From contig JABLTG010000110.1 in assembly GCA_016618085.1 (NCBI GenBank), forward strand, positions 1-64,000: DNA of 64,000 nucleotides. The letters are read 5' to 3'. Below the pieces are notes generated by a model. The model worked only from the letters and a program-made list of their open reading frames with translations, was not told where the DNA came from and ran no database searches. Made by a program: the position numbers and the translations under genes. Positions 1-12,118 of the stretch are shown piece after piece (the stretch's first letter is position 1; each line of letters begins with the position of its first letter). The stretch comes from Neovahlkampfia damariscottae (taxonomy: Eukaryota).

Positions 1-1
1 A

Positions 2-331
2 AGAGCAAGGAAGATTAGAAGTAAAACAGCAAGAAATTTAATTACATGGTCACATTTCTCTTTTAGACAAAGATTGATGAATAAATTAAAATAATATCCA
101 GAATTATCTCTCAAAGTAGTTACAGAAGAATACACTTCAAAGACATGTGGGCAATGTGGAAAAATACATCAAAAACTTTATGGAAACAAGACATTTATCT
201 GCCCAAGTTGTTCCTATAAAGCAGATAGAGATTTGAATGCTGCAAGAAATATAATGATCAAATCTTTAAATATGAGTCAATACCTTTATGGTGTTGACGT
301 TGAGACCCAACTCCTTTCTACTCCATTTTGA
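2..331 (+). pseudogene. C-terminal part of a Fanzor2 / IS607-type TnpB RNA-guided nuclease (5' end outside the window; in-frame TAA at 92-94)
   Basis: Frame from nt 2 reads RARKIRSKTARNLITWSHFSFRQRLMNKLK*YPELSLKVVTEEYTSKTCGQCGKIHQKLYGNKTFICPSCSYKADRDLNAARNIMIKS...TPF*. It contains the TnpB/Fanzor YTSKTCxxCG...CxxC zinc ribbon and the RuvC-III DRDxNAARNI motif. Absent from the ORF track. Confidence 0.88.
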
Positions 332-400
332 GTAGATTGCAAGACTGGTGGAAATGATCATTTTGGTCAGTTTATAAGTGGGTGTTCCACAGAACTCAGC
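299..400 (+). ncRNA. Candidate Fanzor omegaRNA scaffold overlapping the ORF 3' end
   Basis: Nested complementarity: GTTGAG 299-304 with CTCAGC 395-400; ACCCA 305-309 with TGGGT 379-383; hairpin TCTACTC 317-323/GAGTAGA 330-336; long G-U-containing hairpin 342-373. Position matches where TnpB/Fanzor omegaRNAs are encoded. Confidence 0.55.
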
Positions 401-680
401 AAATGGAGTCATTCTACAGTTGAGAATATAAAACGAGAGTTTTAAATCACAATAATTGCCGTCCCAGATTGGAATTCTGGAAAAAACAGAACAAAATGAT
501 TTTGTTTATCAGCAAATTATAACGTCCTGAGCAGTCGGAATTTTGTTTTATTAAAAAAGATATGATAACTGATTGGACGATTTTTTATTTTGTTCAGCAT
601 AAAATTTTGATGGAATTATTTTCAAAAAAAACTTTTTATTCCAAATCGATTTAATAATAAAATATGATTGGTTAACGAGA

Positions 681-2653
681 ATGAACTACACAGGGTCTTT
701 TTCGAAGAAGTTTTTATTATTTTTTATTTTTTTTGTGACTTTTAACATGGTATACCTGTTCTACTTTCAAAGAGGCAAAAATTCTGAAAGACAGGAGGAT
801 GTAGAAAAATTGTTGTCCACAATTAAAGATACAACTTCAAAGCTAGAGGCTGTAGAAAAAGCATACAATGATAAAAAGAAAGAATTTGAAAGATATTTGG
901 AACTACAAAAAACTAACCCATTAAACAACTTGGCTGAAGAAACAATTATCAAAACCTCAACAGAAAAAAGAAATCTATTTTGGAGTATACATTTGAAACT
1001 ACAGCACATAAAAAACCACTGGAAATGAAGAAATACTCTTTTGAAAATCCAAACTTTCCAGATATTTCCAAAGAGGAAGTGAAACAAAAAATATTGCAAG
1101 AAGGCATAAAGAAGTTTAGTTTGACATTCATAACATACATAAGAAATGAATATGATTATAAACAAGCGAATAATTTGGTACATTCAATTTTCAAAATTCA
1201 ACCAAATGCTGCAATCGTGATTGGAAGTTCAATACCATCAAAAAACATAAAAAACGTGGAATTTGTGAATTTTGAAAAAAGAACAACATTAGGAAAAATG
1301 ATAAATCAGCTACTGAAAGGAGTAAAAACTGAACTTGGTTTGCTTATGAAACCAAATTCATTGGTTAGCAATCAAACCAATATAGACAGAATATTTGGAG
1401 CTTTTACTCATACAGACGCTGTTATAGTATCTGGTTCTAATCGAGATATTGACACTGGAGAGTTGTATTTGCCCTGTTATCGAATATTTTTACAAAGATG
1501 GACTTATCAAATTGAATATGGATATTCAAGTACCCTATACTACAAAGACGAACCACCAGTTGCAACATGTCAAAGAACTGAATTACCAATGACTTTTAGA
1601 ATGTCTGAATTAAAATCAAATCATTTCTTTGATGAATTAATAACTGATGATGATTTGACAATTGAAGAGTTTTATATAAAAATGGCGTTACATATTAAAT
1701 CAGTCGTTACCCCACATGCAATGTTTCATGTACATAGAAAAAGAAGAAAATCCATCAATAAACAAGTATTTATTGAAAAATGGATGCCCCTGGCAAAGAA
1801 ATACAGATTTGATAATATAATCGAATTTGGAGGTAAAAGACAGTTTCTTTGCCGAGAAGATTGGACTTTGGCAATACATCATGCATATTTCATGATGAAT
1901 TTCTTATATACACCAACATGCAACTATAGAATGTATCATCTTTTCTTCAAATACTTTTTTGAATTTTTTAAAAAGAGAGGTATCAAAGTTTACCTCATTG
2001 GATCTGGAGATAATCTTGGAGCATATAAATTTAGATCATTCATACCTTGGGATGCAGATTGAGATGTTGGTAAGTTGACAAAAATTCATTCAATCCTTTC
2101 CAAGTTGTCCATTGTGATCCAAAAGAGTTTAAACAAAAGTACCAACCAATTTTAGGAAAGAAATTTCAAATCGATGATCAAGGTTCTCATGTCAATTTTA
2201 AGCCAACTATTTGGAGAAAACAATTCAAAGGACTTGGTTTGCCTTAATTTCTTCTAAAATCTTTCAGGAAATGATGTATTGATTTCTGCATTTATTGGTA
2301 AACATGAAGGAACACCAAAAGAATACTCATATGTAAATATTGATGGAACATTGATTCCACAAGTTTATGATCCATTTGAAGCATTTCTCAAGCATTACAA
2401 GAATACATATCTCGAAGACAGAAGACACTCAGCATATGATGGTAAAGAACAAAAAGAAATTGTTTGTAAGAAAGGAAGGGTTCACTTTGATTCTTGGTAT
2501 GATATTGGTGGAAAGGGAACATCAACAGGATCTGGGAAACTAAGAAATCATCCAGGTTGTGTTAGCAAAAAACAAGGTAGTTTCTTTGATGAATTGCCAT
2601 GTCCTTGTAATCGTTTAACTTATGGATTAAGTTCTGAAGAATTTGGACCTTAA
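681..2653 (+). pseudogene. LicD/fukutin-related (FKRP-like) type II membrane nucleotidyltransferase-fold protein, disrupted as sequenced
   Basis: N-terminal TM helix plus coiled-coil stem, GT-A-like region, then GDNLGAYKFRSFIPWDAD*DV (LicD GxLLGA..IPWDxDxD motif). Introns at about 2070-2104 and 2237-2267 restore the frame to the stop at 2653. Frameshift at the A6 run 964-969 and in-frame TGA at 2060-2062. Confidence 0.7.
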
Positions 2654-3064
2654 TAAACTTTTCTACAACAGATAATTTTGTTACAGAATTCACTTACACA
2701 TTTCATAATTGGTTGACTTAAAGTTACAGTATTTTTATTGCAGTTGAATTTTTTACTTTCAAATGGATCATTGTTGGATCTTCCGCTGTTATTTTTTTCC
2801 CCAATCATATTTATATCAACTAAAAGAACTTTGATCATTTTTTATTCTATTTTTAATAATCGGAAAACATGACCTTCTTCTCATATTCCTTTCCAGAAAA
2901 CTATCGGAAATTTTTCGGAGTATTGGAGGTAGAAAAATAGAGGAAAGAATTCGAGAGCCAAATTGGTCAGAAAAATGAGATAGTTTCATTTCTATTTTGG
3001 AAAAGTCGGTCCGAAATTATTATTTGATTGGATAAATGGAACTTACAAGGAATTTATGATAAAT

Positions 3065-3673
3065 ATGAATTTAGAAAAAGTAATGAATGATAAAGTGAAT
3101 TTAGAGCTGTTTAAAATCCACTGTGTGGAAGAATTGTAACAAAAATATTCAACTAACAAACAAAGGTGCTCCGAGAATCTATTTTTCAAGTTAAAGTTAC
3201 GAGAATTCCAAAAAATTGAAGATAAGAAAGAATGTATCAAAGCTGCTTATGATATTTATCATTCTTTCATTGAGGATTATTCAGAATTTGAGTTGAATCT
3301 TTCAGTAATATTCAAGAAGCAAATGTATGCTATTTTTCACAATAAACAAGAAGACAAAATGAGCTCAACAATGTTTCATGGGATATCTTTTGACGTTGAA
3401 TGGATGCTGAATGACAGTTTGGAGAGATTTCAACAAAACCTCAAAGAAAAAGAAGAAATTGTCTCAAAACCATTTTTAAGCAGATTATCAACAATATCAA
3501 GGAATACTAGGCAGAAAAGGAGATTAAAAAATGAAGAAATTCGATTTCTTGATGATCAAAGAAGAAATTCAATTTGCAGTAAATCTATAAATTCTCCACC
3601 AGTTTCAAATTCAATTTCAAAACCTTCCCAGAGAAAGAAACGCAACTCTATTCTGAATTCGGTAGATAAATAA
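3065..3673 (+). CDS. RGS-domain protein (paralog 1), probably truncated by a premature TAA; homologous tail continues to 3790
   Basis: MNLEKVMNDKVNLELFKIHCVEEL/CSENLFF...AYDIYHSFIEDYSEFELNLS...VEWMLNDSLERF fits the RGS consensus. Intron 3136-3165. Confidence 0.8.
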
Positions 3674-4003
3674 AGACCAAAATCTTTTTCTGAAGATGAT
3701 TTGAATGAAATCCCAATACGAGACTTCAACAATGTAAAAAAGCGTTCTTTCCAACTATTCTCAAAAAAACACTTTTCAATTAAATTATAACTTGGATTAG
3801 AATAAAAATTTGTAAATTTGTTCTTGTTTGAGGATTTCTTTTTGGAAAGAGTATTTTGAACATTTTTTGGAAGCTCTGAATTCTGATGGAATTACAAGTA
3901 TGACGTTGAAAATTAATTCTATTTATTGTCCCCTTCACATAGTTCGATGAATCATCTCGTGATAGAATTCTACAATTGAACGTTCAAAATATAATACAAT
4001 TCT

Positions 4004-7000
4004 TTATTCATCAATATTATTATCAATTTTCTTTGCTGCTTCAAATAAATATCTAAATTTATCTTGATTTCCCATTAATTTTTGAATTAAAACTAATTGA
4101 TTTTTCACATCAGTTATTTCTTGATTTGATGTACCAAATGGTTGTGCATCTCCATCTTTTGATATTTTAATTTCACCTTTCCAATTTAATGGTAATTCAA
4201 TCAATTGATATAATTCACAAACATTTAAATAATAAGAACATATTTTCCTTTCATTTTTTAATTCATTAAAAATTTGAATGGCTTCTTTAAATTTTTTATT
4301 TGAAAATAATTCAATTCCAATTTGAAATTTATTTTCATCAAATGTTAATTTATCACTTTTAAGTGAAACTTCAAATAATTTTTTTGCATTTTTTTGACCT
4401 TTTAAATAAAATGAACCTAATAAATGACAATTAACTTCAGAATTTTGTTTAATTTCTTCATAAACTTCTTGTGTAATAATCATATTTACACCAAATATTT
4501 TTGTTAATGATTCCATTCTTGAAGCAGTATTAACTGTATTTGAAATTACAGTTGCATCTAAACGTTTTTCAAAACCTAATGTTCCAAGCATAACATTTCC
4601 AAATGCAATTCCAACACCAATATTAATTGGAATTTCTTTATTTTTATTTAATTCTTTTAATGAATTTAACATTTGAATTCCTGATTTTACAGCATCTAAT
4701 GGTGATTTTGGAAATATTGCCATAACACAATCACCAATAAATTTATCAACAAATCCATGATTTGATGAAATAGAAGGAGCTAATTTACTTAAAATTTCAT
4801 TAACAAATTCAAATGATTCTTTTGAATTCATTTTATCTGTTATTGATGTAAAATTTCTAATATCAGAAAATAAAATTGTCATTTTTTTTTCAACTGAATC
4901 AGAAGGTTGAATATTTCTAACATCTTTTTTTGATAATTGATTTAAAAATTCTGATGGTAAAAATCTAGCATATGCTGTATTAATAGTTTTAACATCTTCA
5001 AATAATGTAATATTTTCAATTGCAATTGCAACTTGTGATAAAATATGTTGAAAAATGAATTTTCTACTTAAATTAAATGTACCTTCCATTGAATTATTCT
5101 CTAAATATAAAATACCAAAAAGATGTTTTCCTTTTAAAATTGGAGCACAAAGTATTGATTTTACTTTATTCTTTTGAACATATAAATCATCTGACATTTC
5201 ATTTTTTGCATTTTTTAAAATTAAAATTTCTTTTTGATTTAAACATTGATTAAAAACTTTCAATGAAATAATATCAGTATTTTCTGAAATAATTTTTCCT
5301 TTATGACATTTATCTTTTGAAAATGCACTTTTAACAATATATTTATTATTTTCATTTAAAATAATATATCCTCTTTCTGCTCCCGCATTTTGAACAATAA
5401 CTTCATTTAATTTTTTTAATAATCTTTCTTTATCTAATCCTTCAGAAATTGTTGATGATGATTTTAAAATAGTTTGAAGATCAATTGCACCACCACCACC
5501 ACCACTATTCATGGTTGTATTTGATCCTGTTGATGTTGTTGATCCTGATGGTGAATCTGAATTTGATGAATATTCTGAAATTGAAAAATCAGTTGGATTT
5601 AAATGTTTAAATTTACAAACAGCTCCCATTCTTTTATATTTGATATATGCTTTACTTTCAAGAAATTTTGAATATTCTTCAAATTCAGATTTCTTTTTAC
5701 AAAATTCCGAAAAATATTCATATGAAAGTGCAGATAAGAATTCAGAACATTCAGATTCTTTAATTGCTTTTTGAAAAGATGCAAATACTTTCATTGTATC
5801 ATCATTGATCAATGATTGTTGAACAGCCAAAGCAAGATAATATCTAGGTGCAAAGAATAATGGATTGATTTCATTATGTTTTTTCAAGTAATCAACATTG
5901 CTTTGAATTTCTTTGAGATAATTCTTTGGTAATGATTGACTGAAATAAACGAGAACTGAAAAAAGAGCAACATCATAACATGGACAAGAACCAAGTGTTT
6001 CAAATCTGTAACTTTGTAATTTCTCAATTTCTTCTCGTGCACTATCAAAATCTCTCAACAAATATAAGCATTCAATCTTTGCTACAGTGTACAATTCTCT
6101 CACCATCGGATACTTTTCAAATCCAGGGATAGCTAACTGAGGTGAAAATGATGTTGATTTTCCAACCAAAGTGGCAGTGAATTCTGTTTTCAATGCCAAC
6201 ATATCACCTCCAAAATAATACCCAGTGCTGTAAATGATCTGTTTTGATGATTCCAATTGACGATGTAATCGATTATAATTTGTACCATTCATAATTTTGG
6301 CATCAGCACTGACCATCAAACAAAAAGTTGCGAATGTGTATTCACCCATACTCAACCCATAAGTATATCCATTATCACCAACTCTTATTCCTTCTTCCAT
6401 ACTTCCTGTGAATATAAGACTCAAACTTAAATGTAAATTGTAAAAAAGTTGGATATTTGGATTTTTCACAGTGTACATTAATTCTTTTCCCAAGAAACCA
6501 AGTTTTCTTGGTGCAGCTGATTCAAATACAGCATGATACATCCATGCTGCGCCACAAAGAACAGCTGGTGTTGCTTCATTGAATCCTTCTTTAATGGTAA
6601 ATTTCACAGCAAGTAACCAAACAACAATCATCATTTCAAAATAACAATTTTGATAAAATGGACTGTTTGAAATGAGGAGAAATTGACATAATAAAGTGAA
6701 TTCATCATTTGACTTTTCAGGGATCAAAGCAAGGAATTCTTCAGCTGTGTTGACATCTTTTAAACTTTCATCCACTTCTTTGAACATTTCTTGAATCCAT
6801 TTGATCAACATTGGTTTATCCAAAGTACTAATGTTCTTTGAACCATCATACAAATCTAAAATGAGAAAAATGATTTCTTTGCATCGTTTGAAGTCAAATT
6901 TGAGAATTAGTAGTTTAAGAAAAGGAAGAGCTGTTGATAATAATTCATAATTAGTTTTTCCATGGTCCATTAGTTCTTCAAAGTTCGTTAAAGCTTCTTC

Positions 7001-9456
7001 TGTGTGATTATTGAATGATAAATTTGAAGCATATGCTGAAATTACTTTATGAGTGATTTCATGATTAACATTCCAAGAATCATCAGGTAACATTGATTTT
7101 GCGATTTTTGAATAATGTAAAGCAGTTTCAAATGCATGACTTTCTAAAGCAGCTGATGAAGCTTGTAAATTTAATTCAATCAATAAATTTCTATCTTTAA
7201 AATAATCACCAGCAGAATTCAAATGATTGGCAATATCAAAGATATGTTCACTTATTTTCTTCTTTTTAGTAGCTGTTTCTAAGAATAATGATCCAATTTG
7301 AAAATGAATTTTTTCTTTATCTTCATAAATTTCATAAGATGCTTGTTGTAAACGATCATGAACAAATTTGAATTGATTTCCAATTTCAAAAATCCATCCT
7401 TTTGTTATTGGTGTCAATAATACTTTATAAACTTCTTCTTCTGTTTTTTCATGTAAAATTGAAAGTAAATCCAAAGTAAATTCACATCCAATACATGAAG
7501 CTAAATTTAATATTTTTTTTATTGATTCTGGAAATTCATGTATTTTCTGAATCATAAATTCGACAACATTTTCACTAAATTCAGTTTTTGAAATTTCATC
7601 TAATTTCCAATTCCATGATTCATTTTCATAATTAAATTTTATCAATTTTTTATCATAAAGATTAAATACAAATTCTCTAATAAAAAATGGATTTCCATTT
7701 GTTTTTGTATAAATTAATTTTGATAATTCTTTAACATCATTTGAATTTAATGAATCACTTAACATTTGTTCAACAAATTCTAATTCTAATATTTTTAAAT
7801 TTATAGTTTCAAAATTTCTTTCTTGAATGATTGGTTCTAAAATAGTTACCATTGGATGTGTTAATGAAACTTCATTATCTCTATATGCTCCAATAATCAA
7901 AATTTGACAATTTTTTTGTTTAATTAAAGATTCAATTAATTTTAATGAAGGAATATCAGCCCATTGTAAATCATCAATAAATAAACAAAGAAGTGAATTA
8001 ATAGCTATAATAGAAAAGAAATCAATTAATGTTTTGATAAATCTTTTTTGTTCTTCATTTTCGTTTGGTAATTCAATCATTTCATCTTGTTCTCCTAAAA
8101 TATATTCACTTTCTTTTACTAAATTTGTTAATATTTTTCCATTTTTATCTAATGATCTTGAAATTCTTTGTTTTTGAATTTCAAGTTTTTCTTTTGATTC
8201 TGATGATAAAATTTGAAAATATTTTCGAATAATTCTAAAAATGAGTTAATTTCATTTTTAAATTTACTGAATAAAAGCACTAAAAGGTGATTGTAAAAAT
8301 TGATCAAATTTTCCTTGTAAAATCATTGAATCTTGTTTTGATGAAAGAACTTCATGAACGAGACACTATTTATTTAATAAAAAAAAAAATATGAATCTTA
8401 CTGATTTACCAATACCTGAAACACCAGAAATCATAATCATTTCAGTTGATTCATCATTTTGAATCATTTTAACTTTTTGTTTACAAATTTCAATTTCTTT
8501 ATCTCTTCCATAAATTTTATTTTTAAAAGTAAAAATATCATTAACATCAAATTGACCAACTTTAAAATTCATTAATTCTTTTTCATTTTTTAAATTTTTT
8601 AAAATGAATTCTAATTCTTTTTTTATTCCAATTACCGAACAATATCTTTCATTTTGATTTTTTTTTATCATTTTTTGAATTACTTTTTCAATTGAAATTG
8701 GAATATCTTTTCTAAAATTTGATAAAGATGGTGGTTGTTTTGCAATGTGACCATAAATGACTTCATTAACTTCACCTTTAAATGGAAGTTCTCCTGTAAT
8801 CATTTGAAAGAATGAAATACCTAATGAATAAATATCACTTGTTTTATCAATTGATTTTGATGTTCTTCCTGTTTGTTCTGGACTCATATAATTATAAGTT
8901 CCTAAATAAAAAAATAAAATGTTAATCATTTTTTACCTCTTTCATTTTTTTCGATACTTGGATTTTTTAAAGAAACTAAAAAACTTGATTCAAAATCAAT
9001 AATTGAACAAATATCCTTTTCTTTATCATAAAGCATATTTTGTGGTTTAATATCACAATGAAGTACATTTTGTTCATGAACACAATGAAGAGCTTGACAT
9101 AATTTAATAGCAAGTTTTAAAAAGTCTTCAACTTTAAACTCTTTCATTTTGTGTTGATATTCTTGGATTGAAATTCCCAAAGCTGATTTTACGGAGTATA
9201 AAGAATTTTCTTCATTTTTAAAGTGAATTGGTTCACTAAACACTTGAGGATAATTTTCATGAAGTAAAGCATTAATTTGATAATCTTTTTGGTATGAACG
9301 GATGGTTTCTTCTGATGGAAATTTGGTTGGAAAAATCTTGAGTACACATTTCTTTGAATTGAAATTTCCAACATATACGTGACTGTTACTGGACTTGTGA
9401 ATAGGACCTTTCTTCAGGGAAATAAACTCTTCAGGTAGCGTGTAGTCTGTTTGCAT
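4004..9456 (-). CDS. Ser/Thr kinase + STAND/AAA_16 ATPase + helical region + GAF + class III adenylate/guanylate cyclase
   Basis: Kinase HCDIKPQN and GTYNYMSPEQTGR; P-loop GVSGIGKS; Walker B LFIDDLQWAD; GNPFF; FVHDRLQQA; GAF KSILCAPI..GILYLEN; cyclase ILFSDIRNFT, DKFIGDCVMA, NTVNTASRMES. Introns 8902-8936, 8366-8401 and 8235-8267 join three ORFs. Confidence 0.9.
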
Positions 9457-10171
9457 CGCTTATTTTTTTAATTATTAGTTGGCCAATCAGATACTTAAAT
9501 GGCTTAATGTAGTAAAAGCAATTTCCGGAAATGTTAATAGTACAAATGTAGAAATTCCCATAAGCAAAAGCAGTATTATAAATCTATGTTGGGCAAGTAA
9601 AATTACCCCAAATATTTTTGATCACCAATAGGGAATTCCATTTATAGTATTGTTCATATTATTTAGGAAACAAAGTTGAATTGATCAAAAGAATTTGAAG
9701 ATTCTAAAAAGTGAAGGATCAATTTCCAATTTAAATTTGAGTCAGTTTCATGAATTTCTTGTTCCTTCAATTGTTCTTTCAAATCAAATCCTAAATTTGA
9801 TTATTTTGGAAGGTGCTGCTTTGGACAACTGTTGAACCTTTCAAACATAAAATACTTTCTGTAAAAATCTTTGATTTATTCTCAGATCACGATTCTTTCT
9901 TTTTCATTGTTTGGTTTGAGCAAAAAGACGCAAAACAAAAACTAAATAGAATATTTACTGAGTAGATATTTTATGCTTACTGATTCTTTACAATACTGGT
10001 GACTCCAAATCGGACAAAGTTTTGAAACTGAAATTCTTCATGCAATTGTGCGCAGCATTCTTTAACTAAACAATTTTGGAAAGTTGGGCGGTAATTGGAT
10101 AAATATAACATTTTTGAAATAAAAAACCATTTGCTTGGATTAAATTTGTACAGAAATGTTTTATTATAAAT

Positions 10172-10573
10172 TTATTTTTTTTCTTGGTTTCTTCCTGTGG
10201 ATTGGTCGTATTTTGTAACAGCTTTTGTACCTTCTGAAACAGCATGTTTTGCTAATTCACCTGGAAGAATCAATCTAACAGCAGTTTGGATTTCACGTGA
10301 TGAAAGTGTTTTAGATCCTGAGATTCTAACTAAATTAGCTGCTTCCATTGCAATTCTTTCAAAAATATCGTGGATGAATGAATTCATGATAGCCATAGCT
10401 TTGTTTGAGATACCAATATCGTGGTGAACTTGTTTCAAAACTTTGTAGATGTATGTAGCATATGATTCAACTCTTTTCTTTTTGTGAGCAGCTTTTTTTT
10501 CACCTTCTACGACAGGTTTTTTTTCTTTTGGAGCTTTTGTTGCTTTTGGTTTTTTTTCAGCTTTTGGTGGCAT
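10172..10573 (-). CDS. H2B: Histone H2B
   Basis: [69 protein letters not shown]. Confidence 0.98.
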   Translation of the reverse strand: MPPKAEKKPKATKAPKEKKPVVEGEKKAAHKKKRVESYATYIYKVLKQVHHDIGISNKAMAIMNSFIHDIFERIAMEAANLVRISGSKTLSSREIQTAVRLILPGELAKHAVSEGTKAVTKYDQSTGRNQEKK

Positions 10574-10918
10574 TTGTATTTAGTTTTTATTTGGATGTTT
10601 TCAAAAATTAAATGTCTCCTTTTTATAGGTCCTCAAAAAAACCGTTATGGTTTTTCATTGGTTACGGACAACCAATAGATTTACGACATTAATTCTCCGA
10701 TTCTTCATCAAAATTATTGGTCAACTTTTGGCTCCAATAGTAATCAAGAAATGTTTTGAAATGTGTTTTTTCAATTTTAAGTGTAATTTTGAATTTTTTT
10801 TTGGTTTTTTTTGAAAAGGAAAAGAAAAATATTTTTCATTGGTCTGTCAATTCTAAAACCTGTCAACTTTTTCTTTAAAAACCATTGTGAAAAACAAATG
10901 ACACACTAAAAAAATTAA

Positions 10919-12118
10919 ATGAAAACAATTACCACAGCTCAAATATTAGCTCAAAATACACAAGACCAAAGAGTTTGGATTTTAGGACACTTAGGTTATT
11001 TGGAAAACGATGAAGTTTCTTCAACAAAAAAAAACATTCCAAAAGAAATTAAATCATTAAGAAACATCAACATCAAACAAATATCATCAGGTGGATACCA
11101 TTGTCTATTTCTTACTCAAAGTGGTGATGTTCTTTCAATGGGTTGGAACAAACTGGGTCAATTAGGATTAGGTCATTATGATGAAGTTGAAGAACTCAAA
11201 CCACAAAAAATAAAAACAAAAAATTTAAAAGTCATTCAAATTGAAGCAAGTGGAAGACACAGTTTACTGTTGACAAATGATGGAAAAGTCTTTTCTTTTG
11301 GTTTAATCAACCCAGAAAAAATAGAAAATTCACCAACTTTGATAAAGAAACTATCAAATTATCGAGTCAATTATATATCAACGGGTTTCTGGCATAATGT
11401 TTTTGGAACTGCTTGTGGAAAAGTTTTTGTCTCTGGAAAAGGTGACGAAGGAAAATTAGGTTTAGGAAATCAAAATGATTATTTTGACCCAGTTGAAATC
11501 ACATCCTTGAAGAATATTCAAATTAAACAATGTACAGGTGGAGCTTGGCATACAGTTCTTTTGACAGCACAAGGAAAAGTATTTGTTTGGGGTTCAAATT
11601 ACTGGGGTCAATTAGGATTAGATAAAGAAAATGAAACAAAAGATAGATTACAACCAGTTGAATTAGAATATTTTCAAGATAAAAACGTTGTGAAAGTTGC
11701 TTGTGGTTCAAATTTCACTCTTTGTCTTACTGAAGACGGAAAAGTGTTTTCATTTGGTTGCTCTTCAAACTTCAAAACTGGACAAAATAATGAAAATACC
11801 ATTTACACACCGATTAAAATCACACAATTTCCAATAGATGATAAAATTATTGACATTCACGTTGGAAGTAATCATTCAGTTTTTTTGACAGAGACAAAGA
11901 AGGTTTTGACTTGTGGATGGAACAAATATGGACAATTAGGACATCAAAATATAGAGAATATAGCAATTGTTGAATCTTTGAAAAACATTGAAATCTCAAA
12001 AATTGGAGCTGGTGCATTTTACTCAATTGTTGCTTCAAATACAGAAATTAAAAGAAAATCTGGTTGGATCAAAAACAATGAATCCTTTTCAGATATTTGT
12101 ATTTTTACCGAAGAATAA
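10919..12118 (+). CDS. RCC1-repeat beta-propeller protein
   Basis: Repeated GxxH..LT..G.V.xWG.N..GQLG motifs; intronless ORF. Confidence 0.92.
   Translation: MKTITTAQILAQNTQDQRVWILGHLGYLENDEVSSTKKNIPKEIKSLRNINIKQISSGGYHCLFLTQSGDVLSMGWNKLGQLGLGHYDEVEELKPQKIKTKNLKVIQIEASGRHSLLLTNDGKVFSFGLINPEKIENSPTLIKKLSNYRVNYISTGFWHNVFGTACGKVFVSGKGDEGKLGLGNQNDYFDPVEITSLKNIQIKQCTGGAWHTVLLTAQGKVFVWGSNYWGQLGLDKENETKDRLQPVELEYFQDKNVVKVACGSNFTLCLTEDGKVFSFGCSSNFKTGQNNENTIYTPIKITQFPIDDKIIDIHVGSNHSVFLTETKKVLTCGWNKYGQLGHQNIENIAIVESLKNIEISKIGAGAFYSIVASNTEIKRKSGWIKNNESFSDICIFTEE

Noticed and set aside
960..975. Programmed -1 frameshift at AAAAAAG in the LicD-like gene
   Set aside because: The run is not in the canonical X XXY YYZ phase (it reads GAA AAA AGA) and no stimulatory structure is evident. 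A homopolymer indel is more likely.
10573..10919. Expected divergent H2A partner or histone stem-loop for H2B
   Set aside because: The divergent gene is an RCC1 protein, and H2B is followed by AATAAA rather than a stem-loop, which is unremarkable for a protist.
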